A DNA stretch of 56,970 nucleotides from an uncultured Lachnospiraceae bacterium (GTDB lineage Bacteria; Bacillota; Clostridia; Lachnospirales; Lachnospiraceae), in assembly GCA_910578085.1 (NCBI GenBank), contig CAJTPM010000001.1, positions 1 to 56,970 of the forward strand, written 5' to 3'. Within the stretch, counting starts at the first letter, position 1; the number at the start of each line of letters is the position of its first letter. Of the stretch, positions 39,346 through 50,649 are shown piece after piece. The notes beneath the pieces are model-generated. The model saw nothing but the letters and a program-made list of their open reading frames with translations. It was not told the origin of the DNA and did not search any database. Position numbers and translations under genes: made by a program.

Positions 39346-41034
39346 TCAGACAGTCATCAGCACAAACGCCTCATAAGGCCCCAGCACAGTCTCCGCCTCG
39401 TCATATCTGCTTTCCGCTTCGCCGCCTCTCTCTACCCTGTTGGCAATCAGACAGTCTGCCCCCACAAACGCCTCCGGTATACTAAAGGGCACCTCGCTGT
39501 CGGTAAAATTACACACCACAAGCAGTTTCTTTTCCTCCAGCGTTCTCGTATAGACAAACAACTCTTCACTGTCCGCAAGCAGCAGTTCATAGTTTCCGTA
39601 CACGATGACCGGATGTTCTTTCCGCAGCGCGATCAGCTTTCTGTAGTAATGGAAGACAGACTCCGGATCTTCCGTCTCCGTCTTCGCATTGATTTCTTTA
39701 TAATTCAGGTTCACCGCAATCCAGGGTTTTCCCGTCGTAAATCCCGCCTCATTCGTATCATCCCACTGCATCGGCGTCCTAGCGTTATCGCGGCTGCGGC
39801 TGACAATGCAGGGCCAGAACTCCTCATGAGAGACCAGACCGCTCTCGCACCACTCCTCATAGGCGTGGATGCTCTCGATATCCCGGAATTCGTCGGGGGA
39901 GCTAAACGGATAATTGGTCATCCCCAGCTCCTCGCCCTGATAAATATAGGGCGTTCCCTGCATCATATGCAGGCAGGTTGCTAGCATCTTCGCGGAAAGC
40001 TCTCTGTACTGCGGACGGTCGTCCCCGAAGCGGGAAACGGCTCTGGGCTGGTCGTGATTGTCCCAGAACAGACTGTTCCAGGCTTTACCGTACAGCTCCG
40101 TCTGCCAGTGCGACATGATTTTTTTAAGCTCTGTGAGCGGCATCCTCTCATCCGTCCACTTTCCGTATTTTCCCGGATCGCTTACATGTTCAAACTGGAA
40201 CACCATATTCAGTTCCCCGGTATCCTCGCCGGCGTACTGCTTCGCCAGTTCCGTGGTAACGCCCGCCGTCTCTCCCACGGTCATGATATCATATTTGGAC
40301 AGCACCTCCCGGTTCATCTCCTGCAGATATCTGTGGACATTGGGCCCGTGTACGCAGTATGGATCAAAGCTCCCATAGAGACCGTTTATCTCACCGTCCG
40401 GCATTTCTTTCGTCTTGGAGATCATGCTGATGACGTCCATGCGGAACCCGTCGATCCCTTTCTCACACCACCAGGTCATCATATCGAAAACTTCCCTGCG
40501 CACCTTCTCGTTATCCCAGTTTAAATCAGGCTGCTTTTTGGAAAACAGGTGCAGATAATACATCCCTGTCTCCTGATCGTACTCCCATGCCGGACCGCCG
40601 AAGCAGGAACCCCAGTTGTTGGGCGGCGTATTCTCCCCCTTCCCTTCCCGCCAGATATAGTAGTCGCGATACTTATTCTCTTTCGACTTTCTGCTCTCCA
40701 CAAACCATCTGTGTTCGTCGGAAGTATGGTTCACCACCAGATCCATCACAATCCGGATCCCCCGCTCATGCGCCGCTGACAGCAGTTCGTCAAAGTCCTC
40801 CATGGTTCCAAACTCTTCCATGATCTCCTGATAATCGCTGATATCATAGCCATTGTCGTCGTTGGGAGATTTGTACACCGGCGACATCCATACCACGTCG
40901 ATCCCCAAATATTTTAAATAGTCAAGTCTGCTTGTGATCCCTTTTAAATCGCCAATCCCGTCCCCGTTGCTGTCCATAAAGCTTCGGGGGTAAATCTGAT
41001 AAATAACCGCCTCTTTCCACCATGCTCTGTTCAT
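39346..41034 (-). CDS. GH13 alpha-glucosidase (oligo-1,6-glucosidase/trehalose-6-phosphate hydrolase-like)
   Basis: AVIYQIYPRSFMDSNGDGIGDLKGI...GFRMDVI...GETAG...NHDQPR. Start moved to MNRAWW, which has an AAGAGGAAAGGA ribosome-binding site. Confidence 0.85.
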   Translation of the reverse strand: MNRAWWKEAVIYQIYPRSFMDSNGDGIGDLKGITSRLDYLKYLGIDVVWMSPVYKSPNDDNGYDISDYQEIMEEFGTMEDFDELLSAAHERGIRIVMDLVVNHTSDEHRWFVESRKSKENKYRDYYIWREGKGENTPPNNWGSCFGGPAWEYDQETGMYYLHLFSKKQPDLNWDNEKVRREVFDMMTWWCEKGIDGFRMDVISMISKTKEMPDGEINGLYGSFDPYCVHGPNVHRYLQEMNREVLSKYDIMTVGETAGVTTELAKQYAGEDTGELNMVFQFEHVSDPGKYGKWTDERMPLTELKKIMSHWQTELYGKAWNSLFWDNHDQPRAVSRFGDDRPQYRELSAKMLATCLHMMQGTPYIYQGEELGMTNYPFSSPDEFRDIESIHAYEEWCESGLVSHEEFWPCIVSRSRDNARTPMQWDDTNEAGFTTGKPWIAVNLNYKEINAKTETEDPESVFHYYRKLIALRKEHPVIVYGNYELLLADSEELFVYTRTLEEKKLLVVCNFTDSEVPFSIPEAFVGADCLIANRVERGGEAESRYDEAETVLGPYEAFVLMTV

Positions 41035-41146
41035 ATTTATATCTTCCTTTCCTCTTTTATTTTTCTCATAGCAACGATGACGCTTCGGCCTGACTTCAGC
41101 CAGCCCGGACAGATATATCCCCAACGCCATCGTTCATCCATCCCTG

Positions 41147-42811
41147 TCACATCTCCAGGATCACCACCTGATACCCCTGCATCCGAATCGTAAGATCCTG
41201 TATGTCCGCATCCGGGTAATTGTTTAACAGCACCCTTTTGCAGGCGGCAGGCAGCGCCACCTCCTGCTCTTCTCTCTGGAAATTTCCCATCACCAGCAGC
41301 GTCTTTTCCCCTCTCCGGTAGTACGCCATCAGATTGCGCTGCTCCTTCAGGTACGGTTCCAGCGCACCGTAGACCACAGTCTCTCTGTATGCCGGATCCT
41401 TGCGGAGTGCGATCAGCTTCTTATAAAAGTGAAAGACGGAATCGGGATCCTTCTGTTCTGCCGCGGCATTGATAGTGCTGTAGTTCGGATTGACGCGCAG
41501 CCAGGGCGTCCCTGTCGTAAAGCCCGCATGGGCTGCATCCGACCACTGCATGGGGGTGCGGGCGTTGTCCCGGCTGTAGCGGGCAATGACTTTCAGTGCT
41601 TCCTCAGCTGTCAGGCCTGCCTCCAGCGCAACCTGATACTCATCTAGCGAGGAGATATCGTCCACTTCCTCAATCGAAGAAAACGGCACATTTTCCATTC
41701 CCAGCTCCTGGCCCTGATAGATAAAAGGAATCCCGCGCAGCATAAAATATAACGCCGCCAGCATTTTTTTGCTCTCCTCGCAGCAGTCCCCCTGCGGGAT
41801 ATAGTAGGAGACGCCCCGGGGTTCGTCATGGTTTTCTATAATATTTGACAAAAGGCCGTTCTCTCCGACTCTCTCCTGTGCTTCAAAACAACAGTTTTTA
41901 TAGTCCTCCGGCGTAATGACGCCTGCATCATACCAGCCTTTTCCACTCTTGCCAAAGATCGTCTCGCTAAAATCAAACATACTGGAAAAATAGCCCTTCT
42001 CTCCAATAAAATCGGGCAGTTCCTCCTGTCTTTCCAAAAAGACCTCGCCCACAGAAAACGCATCGTATTTTTGGAACGTGCGATCCCGCATCTCCCCCAG
42101 AAATTCTCCGATACCTTCCGCCTCCGCCAGCATCTCCCTGACACTGCAGAGTCCGTCCTCCCTGTCCGGCGCATAATCATGGAAGGGAAATGCCTTTTTG
42201 ATATTCATGATCGCATCGATCCGGAATCCCGCCAGTCCCTTTTTCAGCCACCAGTTGATGTTCTTGTACACTTCCTCGCGAAGTTCTGGATTTTCCCAGT
42301 TGAGATCCGGCTGCTTTTTATGAAATACGTGCAGGTACTGCCTGTCTGTGCCCGGCAGGTCTTCCCACACGGAACCGCCGAAGTAGGAGCGCCAGTTGGT
42401 GGGAAGCTTCCCCTCCTCCTTGCGCCGCAGATAAAAGAAATTGCCGTATTTTCCGTCCGGATCCTCGCAGGCTTTTTGAAACCACTCGTGTTCATCGGAA
42501 CAGTGATTCACCACCAGATCCATCAGGATATACATATCCCGCTTTTTCGCCTCCGCGATCAGCCGATCCATGTCCTCCATCGTGCCGAAACGCGGATCGA
42601 TCCCGTAATAATCCGAAATATCATAACCCTGATCCGCAAGCGGCGATGGATAACAGGGGGATAGCCAGACAATATCCACGCCCAGATCCTTCAGGTAATC
42701 CAGTCTGCTGATGATGCCGGGGATGTCTCCGATACCGTCCCCGTTTGAGTCGCAAAAGCTTTTGGGGTAAATCTGATATGCCACTTTATCATGCCACCAT
42801 TTCTTTTCCAT
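41147..42811 (-). CDS. GH13 alpha-glucosidase paralogue
   Basis: MEKKWWHDKVAYQIYPKSFCDSNGDGIGDIPGI...GFRIDAI...NHDEPR. Confidence 0.85.
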   Translation of the reverse strand: MEKKWWHDKVAYQIYPKSFCDSNGDGIGDIPGIISRLDYLKDLGVDIVWLSPCYPSPLADQGYDISDYYGIDPRFGTMEDMDRLIAEAKKRDMYILMDLVVNHCSDEHEWFQKACEDPDGKYGNFFYLRRKEEGKLPTNWRSYFGGSVWEDLPGTDRQYLHVFHKKQPDLNWENPELREEVYKNINWWLKKGLAGFRIDAIMNIKKAFPFHDYAPDREDGLCSVREMLAEAEGIGEFLGEMRDRTFQKYDAFSVGEVFLERQEELPDFIGEKGYFSSMFDFSETIFGKSGKGWYDAGVITPEDYKNCCFEAQERVGENGLLSNIIENHDEPRGVSYYIPQGDCCEESKKMLAALYFMLRGIPFIYQGQELGMENVPFSSIEEVDDISSLDEYQVALEAGLTAEEALKVIARYSRDNARTPMQWSDAAHAGFTTGTPWLRVNPNYSTINAAAEQKDPDSVFHFYKKLIALRKDPAYRETVVYGALEPYLKEQRNLMAYYRRGEKTLLVMGNFQREEQEVALPAACKRVLLNNYPDADIQDLTIRMQGYQVVILEM

Positions 42812-43001
42812 GACAGTTTCTCCTCGTTTTTATTTGGGAATTTGTAATTGTTTTGTTATCCTGTCAGATGAAATCAAATGTCCGCCGGATGACACTTTGT
42901 CGCCTTCCGCTTTGATGTTCTGCTGATATGATATATTTTAATGACTGGCGCAAGATATGTCCTACAGTTATTTGATCAAAAACTACGTTATTTTGACTTA
43001 A

Positions 43002-43922
43002 TCACCTTTTCACTATGCGGTATTGCAGAGGCGTTGTGCCGGTACGGCGGCGAAATTCGCGCAGAAAATTTCCCAGATTGTTAAAGCCGCACTCCAGACA
43101 GATATCCATGACAGATAGATCCGTCTCCTCTAAAAGGCGGCACGCCTGTTTGATACGATATTCATTGACATAGGCCATGGGGGTACTGCCGATCACCTTT
43201 TTGAAAAAGCGGCAGAAATACTGCTCATTCCGGTTGATCAGCCCGGCCAGATCAGATATGCAGATTTTTTCCCGGTAGTTCTCTCTGATATAGGTTAACA
43301 CGGTCTTGATATCTTCCACCCGCCTGTCACTGGTTTTCCCGCAGGATGTGAAAAGTGCATGGGCAGACAAGACCGCCAGAATGCGCAAAAGCGCCGACTT
43401 GATATAAAGCTGGTTTGTCAGGTCTTCCGTGACGGCGCCGTCAATAAAGAGCGACTCTTCCTGCAGAGCATGGCCAAAGGAATGCATCACTTCCGAAAAA
43501 GCGCTCCGGATCGGGGCAAATGCAGGATGCCCCGGCAAAATACAGCGCGGAAAAATCACGTCCCCTTTCCGTATGGGGCCGATCAGCTGTATCTGTGTGG
43601 CGTCGCAGGCGTCAAAGCTTAAAATATGGGGGGAGAACACGACCGCATCCTCGATACAGGTATCGGCGGACTCCGCAATGATACTGTGCAGTTCGCCGGG
43701 ATTGATAAAACAGAGGCACTCGGTACGCACTGCAAACTGCTCCATATTGATTTCCAGCCGGAAATCGCCGCCGGAAAAATACAGGATCTCCACCTCGTCG
43801 TGCCAGTGGTGTTTGACTACCGTCCCCTTTCCGGCAAAACGGGTGCGGTAGATGGCACAGGGAAAAGATTTTGTGCCGTGCAGGCGGACTTCCTTTAAAG
43901 TAGGAGACAGTGAATCTGGCAT
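43002..43922 (-). CDS. AraC-family transcriptional regulator (cupin + HTH)
   Basis: C-terminal twin HTH (ISDLAGLINRNEQYFCRFFKK...TPLQYRIVKR). Start at MPDSL with GGAGG ribosome-binding site. Confidence 0.8.
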   Translation of the reverse strand: MPDSLSPTLKEVRLHGTKSFPCAIYRTRFAGKGTVVKHHWHDEVEILYFSGGDFRLEINMEQFAVRTECLCFINPGELHSIIAESADTCIEDAVVFSPHILSFDACDATQIQLIGPIRKGDVIFPRCILPGHPAFAPIRSAFSEVMHSFGHALQEESLFIDGAVTEDLTNQLYIKSALLRILAVLSAHALFTSCGKTSDRRVEDIKTVLTYIRENYREKICISDLAGLINRNEQYFCRFFKKVIGSTPMAYVNEYRIKQACRLLEETDLSVMDICLECGFNNLGNFLREFRRRTGTTPLQYRIVKR

Positions 43923-44575
43923 ATCGCATTTCCTCCACAATGATTCCGCAGTACAGCACTCAAAGGTGCGGACAGGCATATTACAGCATTGCCCTTCTCA
44001 TCCACAACAATGACCCTACTTTGTAATATACGTACACTATAACGTTAAATGACAGCAAACGCAAGTCATTTTGTATAGTCAATTTAGACAATGTTTTGTA
44101 ACCATTTTTATGCTTTTCTGCCAAACAAAGGCGGTTCTGTCTATTTTTATAATTTTTCTCTCAGTTTAATAATCTCCTGTATCATCTCCATCTTTCCACA
44201 ATCAACCATCAAATTAAAATATTTCCCCGCTGATCCTGAAACTTTAATTAAAAAAAAGTCTCCCTGACCGATATCAAAACTTTTTACTACGATTCCCATT
44301 CCCGATCCTCATTCCTCTCTTTTATACACCGATATCGTAAAAATACCATAACACCTGCTGATATAAATCTTATCCTGTCAAACTATGGCAATATCAAGAT
44401 TATATAATAATTCTCTATAGTTTTCTATCCCGAATAGCGCACTAAGATACCTGCTTTCTATCTTCCTGAAATCGAGTTTCCTGAAAAGTACCAGGATATC
44501 CGGGGAAAAATGAAGATGATCCATCCTGACTAAAAAAAGTTTTTCAGTTATGGAAATTTATCTGACAAAGATAAA

Positions 44576-44620
44576 GGCATCTGATGATCGTTACAGTCGC
44601 CAGATGCCTCTTTTCGTTTT
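44576..44620. terminator. Hairpin terminator downstream of the aldo/keto reductase gene
   Basis: aggcatctg/cagatgcct 9-bp stem with T-rich flanks on both strands. Confidence 0.5.
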
Positions 44621-44665
44621 CCGCATCATATCCTGCTTTTTTGTGGCCGCCAGAATCGTAACCGT

Positions 44666-45694
44666 TTAACAGATAACTGAACCGTTACCCAGAATCTCCT
44701 GATAGTCCTCATAATTCTTCTGCAGAAGCGTCGGCGTATCCAACCCGTAAGGACATTTCGATTTACACTTCCCACAGTGCAGGCACTTTTCAATCAGCTT
44801 CATTTTTTCCTGCCACTCGGGTGTCAGCCAGGCTTCCGAGGGCGCCCTGCGAAGCATCAGGCTCATGCGGGCGCTGTTGTTGATCTCGATTCCCACCGGA
44901 CAGGGCATACAGTACCCGCAGCCGCGGCAGAACTCGCCCAGTAACTCCGCTCTGTCCTTCTCAATCAGAGCCTTTATCTCCTCCGTCATCACCGGCGGAT
45001 TCTCTATGTAGGACAAAAACTCGTCCAGTTCCTTCTCCCGCTGCACACCCCAGATCGGCAGCACATTATCAAACTGTGCAAGATAAGCATAAGCCGCCGC
45101 AGAGTTCGTAATCAGACCGCCGGAGAGCGCTTTCATCGCAATAAAGCCCATGTCAGCTTTTTTACATGCTTCCACCAGTTCCAGGTCCTTCTCGGTGGCC
45201 AGATAACAGAAGGGAAACTGCAGTGTCTCGTACAGGCCGCTCTCTATGGCTTCCTTTGCAATATTCAGTCTGTGGTTGGTGATACCAATATGCCGCACCA
45301 TACCCTTTTCCTTCGCCTCCAGCATGGCTTCATAAAGCCCGCTGCCATCCCCTGGTTTCGGACAGAAGGCCGGATTATGGAACTGGTACAGATCGATATA
45401 GTCCGTCTGGAGATTACGCAGGGAAACTTCGATATCCTTCCAGAACCCTTCCGCATTCACCGCGCCGGTTTTTGTGGCGATGACCACCCGATCTCTCATA
45501 CCCGCAAAGGCCTCGCCCACTTTTTCCTCGCTGTCCGTATAAAATCTGGCAGTGTCAAAGAATGTGACACCCCTGTCATAAGCCTTCCGTAAAAGTTTTA
45601 CCGCTTCCTCTTTGCTGATGCGCTGGATCGGCAGCGCGCCAAACGCGTTTTTCTCCACACAGAAACCTGTTTTTCCCAATGTTACTTTTGACAT
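44666..45694 (-). CDS. Aldo/keto reductase with C-terminal Cys-rich (4Fe-4S-type) extension
   Basis: AKR core (GKTGFCVEKNAFGALPIQR...DLYQFHNP) plus CRGCGYCMPCP...CLHCGKCKSKCP. Start at MSKV with GGAGGAAAAA ribosome-binding site. Confidence 0.8.
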   Translation of the reverse strand: MSKVTLGKTGFCVEKNAFGALPIQRISKEEAVKLLRKAYDRGVTFFDTARFYTDSEEKVGEAFAGMRDRVVIATKTGAVNAEGFWKDIEVSLRNLQTDYIDLYQFHNPAFCPKPGDGSGLYEAMLEAKEKGMVRHIGITNHRLNIAKEAIESGLYETLQFPFCYLATEKDLELVEACKKADMGFIAMKALSGGLITNSAAAYAYLAQFDNVLPIWGVQREKELDEFLSYIENPPVMTEEIKALIEKDRAELLGEFCRGCGYCMPCPVGIEINNSARMSLMLRRAPSEAWLTPEWQEKMKLIEKCLHCGKCKSKCPYGLDTPTLLQKNYEDYQEILGNGSVIC

Positions 45695-46097
45695 TTTTTC
45701 CTCCATTCCGAAGCGTTTTACGCTGAGGACGCGAGCAGAATTTCAGATTCTGCTCTGCGATCAATGGAATTTGTGACGCTTCGGCACAAATTCCTGGTTG
45801 ATAAAATCAGCTATCAAGCTGATTTTTCAACCTTAACTCCTCTCTCCGCAATCTGTATCCTGTCCGCGGTACAAGCCTGCTCACAGACTTCGCCAGGGCC
45901 TGCTGAAATGCCGGCCTGTCATTCCGCAACCTGTCAAATCCATCTGCAGACAGTCGATCTGGCCTCTTTCTTTGCAATATCACTCATTGCTTTCGTGAAT
46001 ATCATATCACATATTTGTTGACGTAACCACCTGTACATGATAAAACATAACCAAAAAACCGCAGCATATCACAGCAACAGAAAGGATACGTCACACC

Positions 46098-46843
46098 ATG
46101 AATGAACAGCGCGTAAGGATCAGCGATATCGCAGAAGAATTGGGACTCAGCACCGCCACGGTCTCCAACGTGATCCACGGAAAAACGAAGAAGACTTCGG
46201 AAGAAACCATAAAGAGAGTACAGGCTCTGTTGGAAGAGCGCGGTTACATTCCCAGCATGGCGGGCATCCTGCTTGCGCAGAATTCCTCCAAAATTATCGG
46301 CGTTTTCATTAACGACCACGAAAAATACGAGGGACACACACTGGACGATGCCTTTATCGCCTCCTCCTTAAACTATCTGTCCACCGAAATCGAAAAGCAG
46401 GGACAGTTCATGATGGTCAAAAAAGCGAAAAAACCGGAGGAGATCATTCAGTTTGCCTCCATGTGGAATATGGACGGCCTGGTAGTGATCGGCTTCTGCA
46501 GCCAGGACTATACGTACCTGAGAAATCATATGCGGATCCCCTTTGTGGTCTACGACGGCTTCTGCGAAGAGCCGGAAAGATTTTTCATCAAATCAGCGCT
46601 GTCTTTGCCGTATCTGATTATTATGCCATCGATCTGATTCATTTTTTACAGGAAAACGGTCTTAGTGTGCCGGAAGATATCTCCGTCGCAGGATTTGACG
46701 ATATCCCGATGTGTGAGATGATCTCACCTACGTTAACCACCGTAAGGCAGGATGGCACTGCAAGGGCCGCCATGGCCATCACCAAACTACGGGAACTGAA
46801 AGGCTTCCGCTCCTCTTATCCCGACTGGTTAAAGCCTGGCTGA
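46098..46843 (+). pseudogene. LacI-family regulator gene disrupted by a frameshift at a T5 run (and probably an internal deletion)
   Basis: HTH MNEQRVRISDIAEELGLSTATVSNVIHG in frame 0 up to ~46580. Conserved C-terminal part (AVFAVSDYYAIDLIHFLQENGLSVPEDISVAGFDDIP) is in another frame after tttttc at 46581-46586. Combined length is ~250 aa versus ~330 expected. Confidence 0.65.
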
Positions 46844-48397
46844 ATGATGTCGCTTTGCACCTGTGAAGAAAAACAGTACCCGGAGATTATTATGAAACAG
46901 AATCACAGCTTTTTCAGAAATGTATGCAATCTGGCTATTCCCGTGGCCCTGCAGTCCATGCTGCAGTCCTCTTTTGGCATCGTGGATCAGATCATGATCG
47001 GGCAGCTAGGCAGCGTAAACATTGCCGGGGTGGGACTTGCGGTCAAATTCTCCGGCATCTTCTCCGTGGTTGTCGCCGCTTTGGGTGCTGTGGCCGGTAT
47101 CATGATTTCCCAGTATCTCGGTCAGCAAGACAGGATCGAAGTAAAGCGCAGTTTCTTCCTGAATCTGTATTTTGCTCTGGGCCTGGCTGCCCTGTTCACT
47201 GCATTGTGCCTCCTTTCTCCGGGATGGATCATGGGATTTTACACGACAGATCCCGCCACGCTTGCTGCCACCGCAGGCTATCTCCGGATCCTCTCCGGCA
47301 CCTTTTTCTCCATGGCCTGCGCGACCATGCTGTCCGCTTTGTTACGCTGTATGGAAAAGGCCTCTCTGCCGCTATATGCCAGCTTTCTTGCTGCTGCCGT
47401 CAACACTGCCCTGAACTATCTCCTGATTTTCGGCAGATTTGGTTTTCCCGCCATGGGAACTGCCGGCGCCGCCATCGCCACGGTGATCTCACAGTTTCTC
47501 AATCTGGCGCTGATGTTTTTTATGGCCATCAGGCTGTTTCACCTGTCCTCTCTCTCTGGGGCGTTTTCCTTCCGCAAAGTCCCTTTCAGCTGGAAACAAT
47601 ATGCCTCCATCCTGCTTCCAATACTGGTCTGTGAATTTTTCTGGAGTTTCGGTGAAAATGTCTACGCTGTGATCTACGGACGCCTTGGCACCGAAGCCAG
47701 CGCTGCCATGACGTTGACCGGTCCCATCTAGGGACTGATGATCGGCGCCCTCTGCGGTCTATCCCAGGCGGCTGCCGTCATCATCGGCAAAATGCTTGGA
47801 ACGGACGACAAAGACGGTGCCTATACGGCTGCAAAAAAGCTGATTCTCTACGGCTTTTCCGGCAGCTTTATCCTGTCCGCTGTGATCCTCCTGACGGGCA
47901 GATACTATGTGGAGATCTATCAGGTGGAAGATTCCGTAAAGATACTCACCAGAAATATTCTGACTGTCTATACGCTGATCGCTCCCTTTAAGATTCAGAA
48001 TATGATCCTCGGCGGAGGGATCCTGCGCAGTGGCGGAAAAACAAAATATGTGATGTTCATCGATCTGATCGGGACCTGGGTATTTGGCGTACCCCTGGGG
48101 CTTCTTGCTGCCTTTGTGCTAAAACTGCCTGTCCCTGCCGTATACTTTATTCTGTCCCTGGAGGAATGCGTACGGTTTGCCATATCCATGGTGATCTTTC
48201 GGAAAAAGGGGTGGATGACTGTGCTGCGTAAAATGCGGCATAGCAAGAGCGATTTACGGCATCCCTATAAAAACAATTGTCTATACATAGTTTCGCATTT
48301 GCAAGGGTTTCTTTTGCCAATCCTAATCTATATACCGATAATTCTCTGTTTTTATCCCGCATCAATAATAACCCCCTCATCTCTCACATTTCGATAA
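46844..48397 (+). pseudogene. MATE-family efflux transporter interrupted by an in-frame TAG at 47729-47731
   Basis: Same frame continues across the stop (…MTLTGPI*GLMIGALCGLS…), with 12 TM-type segments in total. The 3' ~250 nt are antisense to a HEPN remnant and lack MATE-like sequence. Confidence 0.6.
48147..48380 (-). pseudogene. HEPN-domain toxin-family gene, truncated (partner of the MNT gene)
   Basis: RLGLAKETLANAKLCIDNCFYRDAVNRSCYAAFYA matches the HEPN N-terminal helices, then loses similarity (…QSSTPFSERSPW…). Overlaps the MNT stop. Confidence 0.5.
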
Positions 48398-48690
48398 TAA
48401 GGCAGATTATCAACCCAATAGTTAAAGTGCCCCTCATTCTTCACCACCGGAGAGATATAAATACCATATTTTATCAGATAATCAAATGCCCGGTCTGACA
48501 CTTTTTCCGCAAGTATGCGGTTCTCCTCTTCCGGCACATCTACCAGTATCATCAAATCGATATCCGAATTGTCTGTAAAGTCACCACGCACATAAGAACC
48601 ATACATAACAATTTTACTTAAGTCTTTCCCTAATAACTGTTGTATATCCTTGGCATATTCATAAACAATCTCTTTAATTACAACCGGCAT
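48352..48690 (-). CDS. Minimal nucleotidyltransferase (MNT) of an MNT/HEPN pair
   Basis: MPVVIKEIVYEYAKDIQQLLGKDLSKIVMYGSYVRGDFTDNSDIDLMILV (GS...DxD nucleotidyltransferase motif). GGAGGTGG ribosome-binding site. Confidence 0.75.
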   Translation of the reverse strand: MPVVIKEIVYEYAKDIQQLLGKDLSKIVMYGSYVRGDFTDNSDIDLMILVDVPEEENRILAEKVSDRAFDYLIKYGIYISPVVKNEGHFNYWVDNLPYYRNVRDEGVIIDAG

Positions 48691-48746
48691 TTTCCACCTC
48701 CATTTCAGGCTAATAACCTTTAACTTAAATTCTCTCATATAAAAAA

Positions 48747-49631
48747 TCAGATCTCAATTTCCATCCCCGTATAAAACTGCTCCACGGCAGTATCCGCTCT
48801 GTCCGATCCGCCCGGGCAGACTCTTTCACTGGAAGTTTTCTCTCCCGCACCGACAGCTGAAATGCTGCGGTTCAGTTCCCGTTTCAACAGTTCCACCGCC
48901 CGCTCCCCGGTACAGTGCCCGGTATATACCTTTTCGATACCTGTCTGCCTGATTTTTTCCGCCAGAGCAAGCACTTCCTCATCGGAAGCCTTATACAGAT
49001 GCAGCCCTCCGATCAGCGCATATACGCGCTTACCTGGGAATGTCTGCTTTACCTCCTCTATAATATGATCCGCCCCGCCGTGACAGCAGCTGTTGCAGAT
49101 CACCAAGCCCTTTTCTGTCTCAAAAACAAGGCTCTGCTCATGGGAAAAGTCGTCCGGTATCCAGGCGCCATCCTGATAACGGTACATCCCCACCTTCTCC
49201 CCCAGCCTGTCAAGCCCCTTTGTCTTATGGGGTAACAGTGTCACACCGGGCAGTAGCTCGTAATCTTCTTTTATTCTGACAAATCTGTCATGATAAGCCG
49301 CAAGAAGTCCCTCTCTGATACCGATATACTTATCTTTTTTCCTGTCATAACAGTCTTCCCCGCAACAGCTTCGAATATAGCACTTCGCGTTTTTGTTCTC
49401 CCGAAAAAAGCGTTCCATTCCGTCCGCATGGTCATAGTGGGCATGGGAGAGCACCGCAAGCTCTATCTTCTCAATCGGGATCCCAAGCTGCCTTGCGTTG
49501 TCCGCAAAAATTCCCGTAGCACCCGCATCCAGCAGGAGCAGATGCCCCTCGTATTCTATCAGCAGGGATAGCCCCCACTCTGCTTGCAGGGTATCTTTTG
49601 TGTTATTATCTGTTAAAATTTCTATTTGCAT
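48747..49631 (-). CDS. MBL-fold metallo-hydrolase
   Basis: LSHAHYDHADG metal-binding motif. 294 aa. Confidence 0.8.
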   Translation of the reverse strand: MQIEILTDNNTKDTLQAEWGLSLLIEYEGHLLLLDAGATGIFADNARQLGIPIEKIELAVLSHAHYDHADGMERFFRENKNAKCYIRSCCGEDCYDRKKDKYIGIREGLLAAYHDRFVRIKEDYELLPGVTLLPHKTKGLDRLGEKVGMYRYQDGAWIPDDFSHEQSLVFETEKGLVICNSCCHGGADHIIEEVKQTFPGKRVYALIGGLHLYKASDEEVLALAEKIRQTGIEKVYTGHCTGERAVELLKRELNRSISAVGAGEKTSSERVCPGGSDRADTAVEQFYTGMEIEI

Positions 49632-50299
49632 TTACAGTTCCTCATAGTGGAAACTTCGCGATCCACCCGAAACGAAGGCTTCATCCTACTATCTATAGAT
49701 TTCAATATTGCCTGACAAAATATCCTCTCCATACGGCCTGATGTCTGCTTTACAGCTTCAACCGTAATTCCTGCCGTTCCGCACACTTTTCCGTTCCGTT
49801 AAAAAATACGACGAAATGAGGAGTAGGGATCTTTACCAATGTCCGTTTATGCATATCTTCCGATACGATCAGTTTCTCATACTCTGCAGAAATCTCTCCG
49901 TCTTCTGAAATCCCATGCAATTTAAATAATATTGAAATAAAAAGCACAGATTTCAATCGAAATAAGACGGGAATACTCCCAGAGAATACAGGTTATGCTG
50001 TAGAAATTCCAACAGAATATATGCTTTTGAAAATAGAGTAACAGTATATTTCGGATTTTGCAAGCAAAATTTGAGGCTAAACGGCCCTGCTGGTATCAGT
50101 TCAGTCTGCTGGCCTATCTTTCCTTATCTTCATTGTGACATGGGAAAGGAACCTTTGTCTCAAAAACGGATTATATCGAGAAGGCAATGGGGGCGGAGGG
50201 AAGTTTTATCAAATCCTGTCAGCTGATAGGGGCTGTTCCCGGTACGAAGATCATACTGCTGCAGAAATTCTGTCAGCCCTTTTTATTTATTTTTGCATA

Positions 50300-50575
50300 C
50301 TACCAGATAAACGGAAGGATCCTGTATCTCACTTTCTCCTCATACTCCATGTATCCGTCCAGCTCTTTTTCAAGCACCGCCTCCTCCTTTTCCGCCCTCT
50401 CCGCGGAGTCCTCTATCTCGCTGATGTTCCTGCCCACAAAGGTCCTGATCATCTCAAGTCCCCTCATATCCTTTTGGCCACAGCCTTTCTTTTCACTGAA
50501 TTCTTCTCTCAGTCTCGCAAGAACCACCGCGCTGTCGTCGCATCTTAAATGAATACCGGCATGTTTTGCCCCCAT
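50300..50575 (-). CDS. Hypothetical small acidic protein
   Basis: 91-aa ORF with no recognisable motifs. Coding status uncertain. Confidence 0.3.
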   Translation of the reverse strand: MGAKHAGIHLRCDDSAVVLARLREEFSEKKGCGQKDMRGLEMIRTFVGRNISEIEDSAERAEKEEAVLEKELDGYMEYEEKVRYRILPFIW

Positions 50576-50649
50576 ACTGATCTCTCCTCACAAATTTCCT
50601 TATGCGCCCCTGCGTATAAAACAGGCAGCTGACGCTTTATCGCTCTTTT

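Noticed and set aside
48147-48397. Genuine C-terminal extension of the MATE transporter
   Set aside because: That stretch is antisense to HEPN-like coding sequence and has no MATE-like TM pattern. Interpreted as a deletion or read-through junction.
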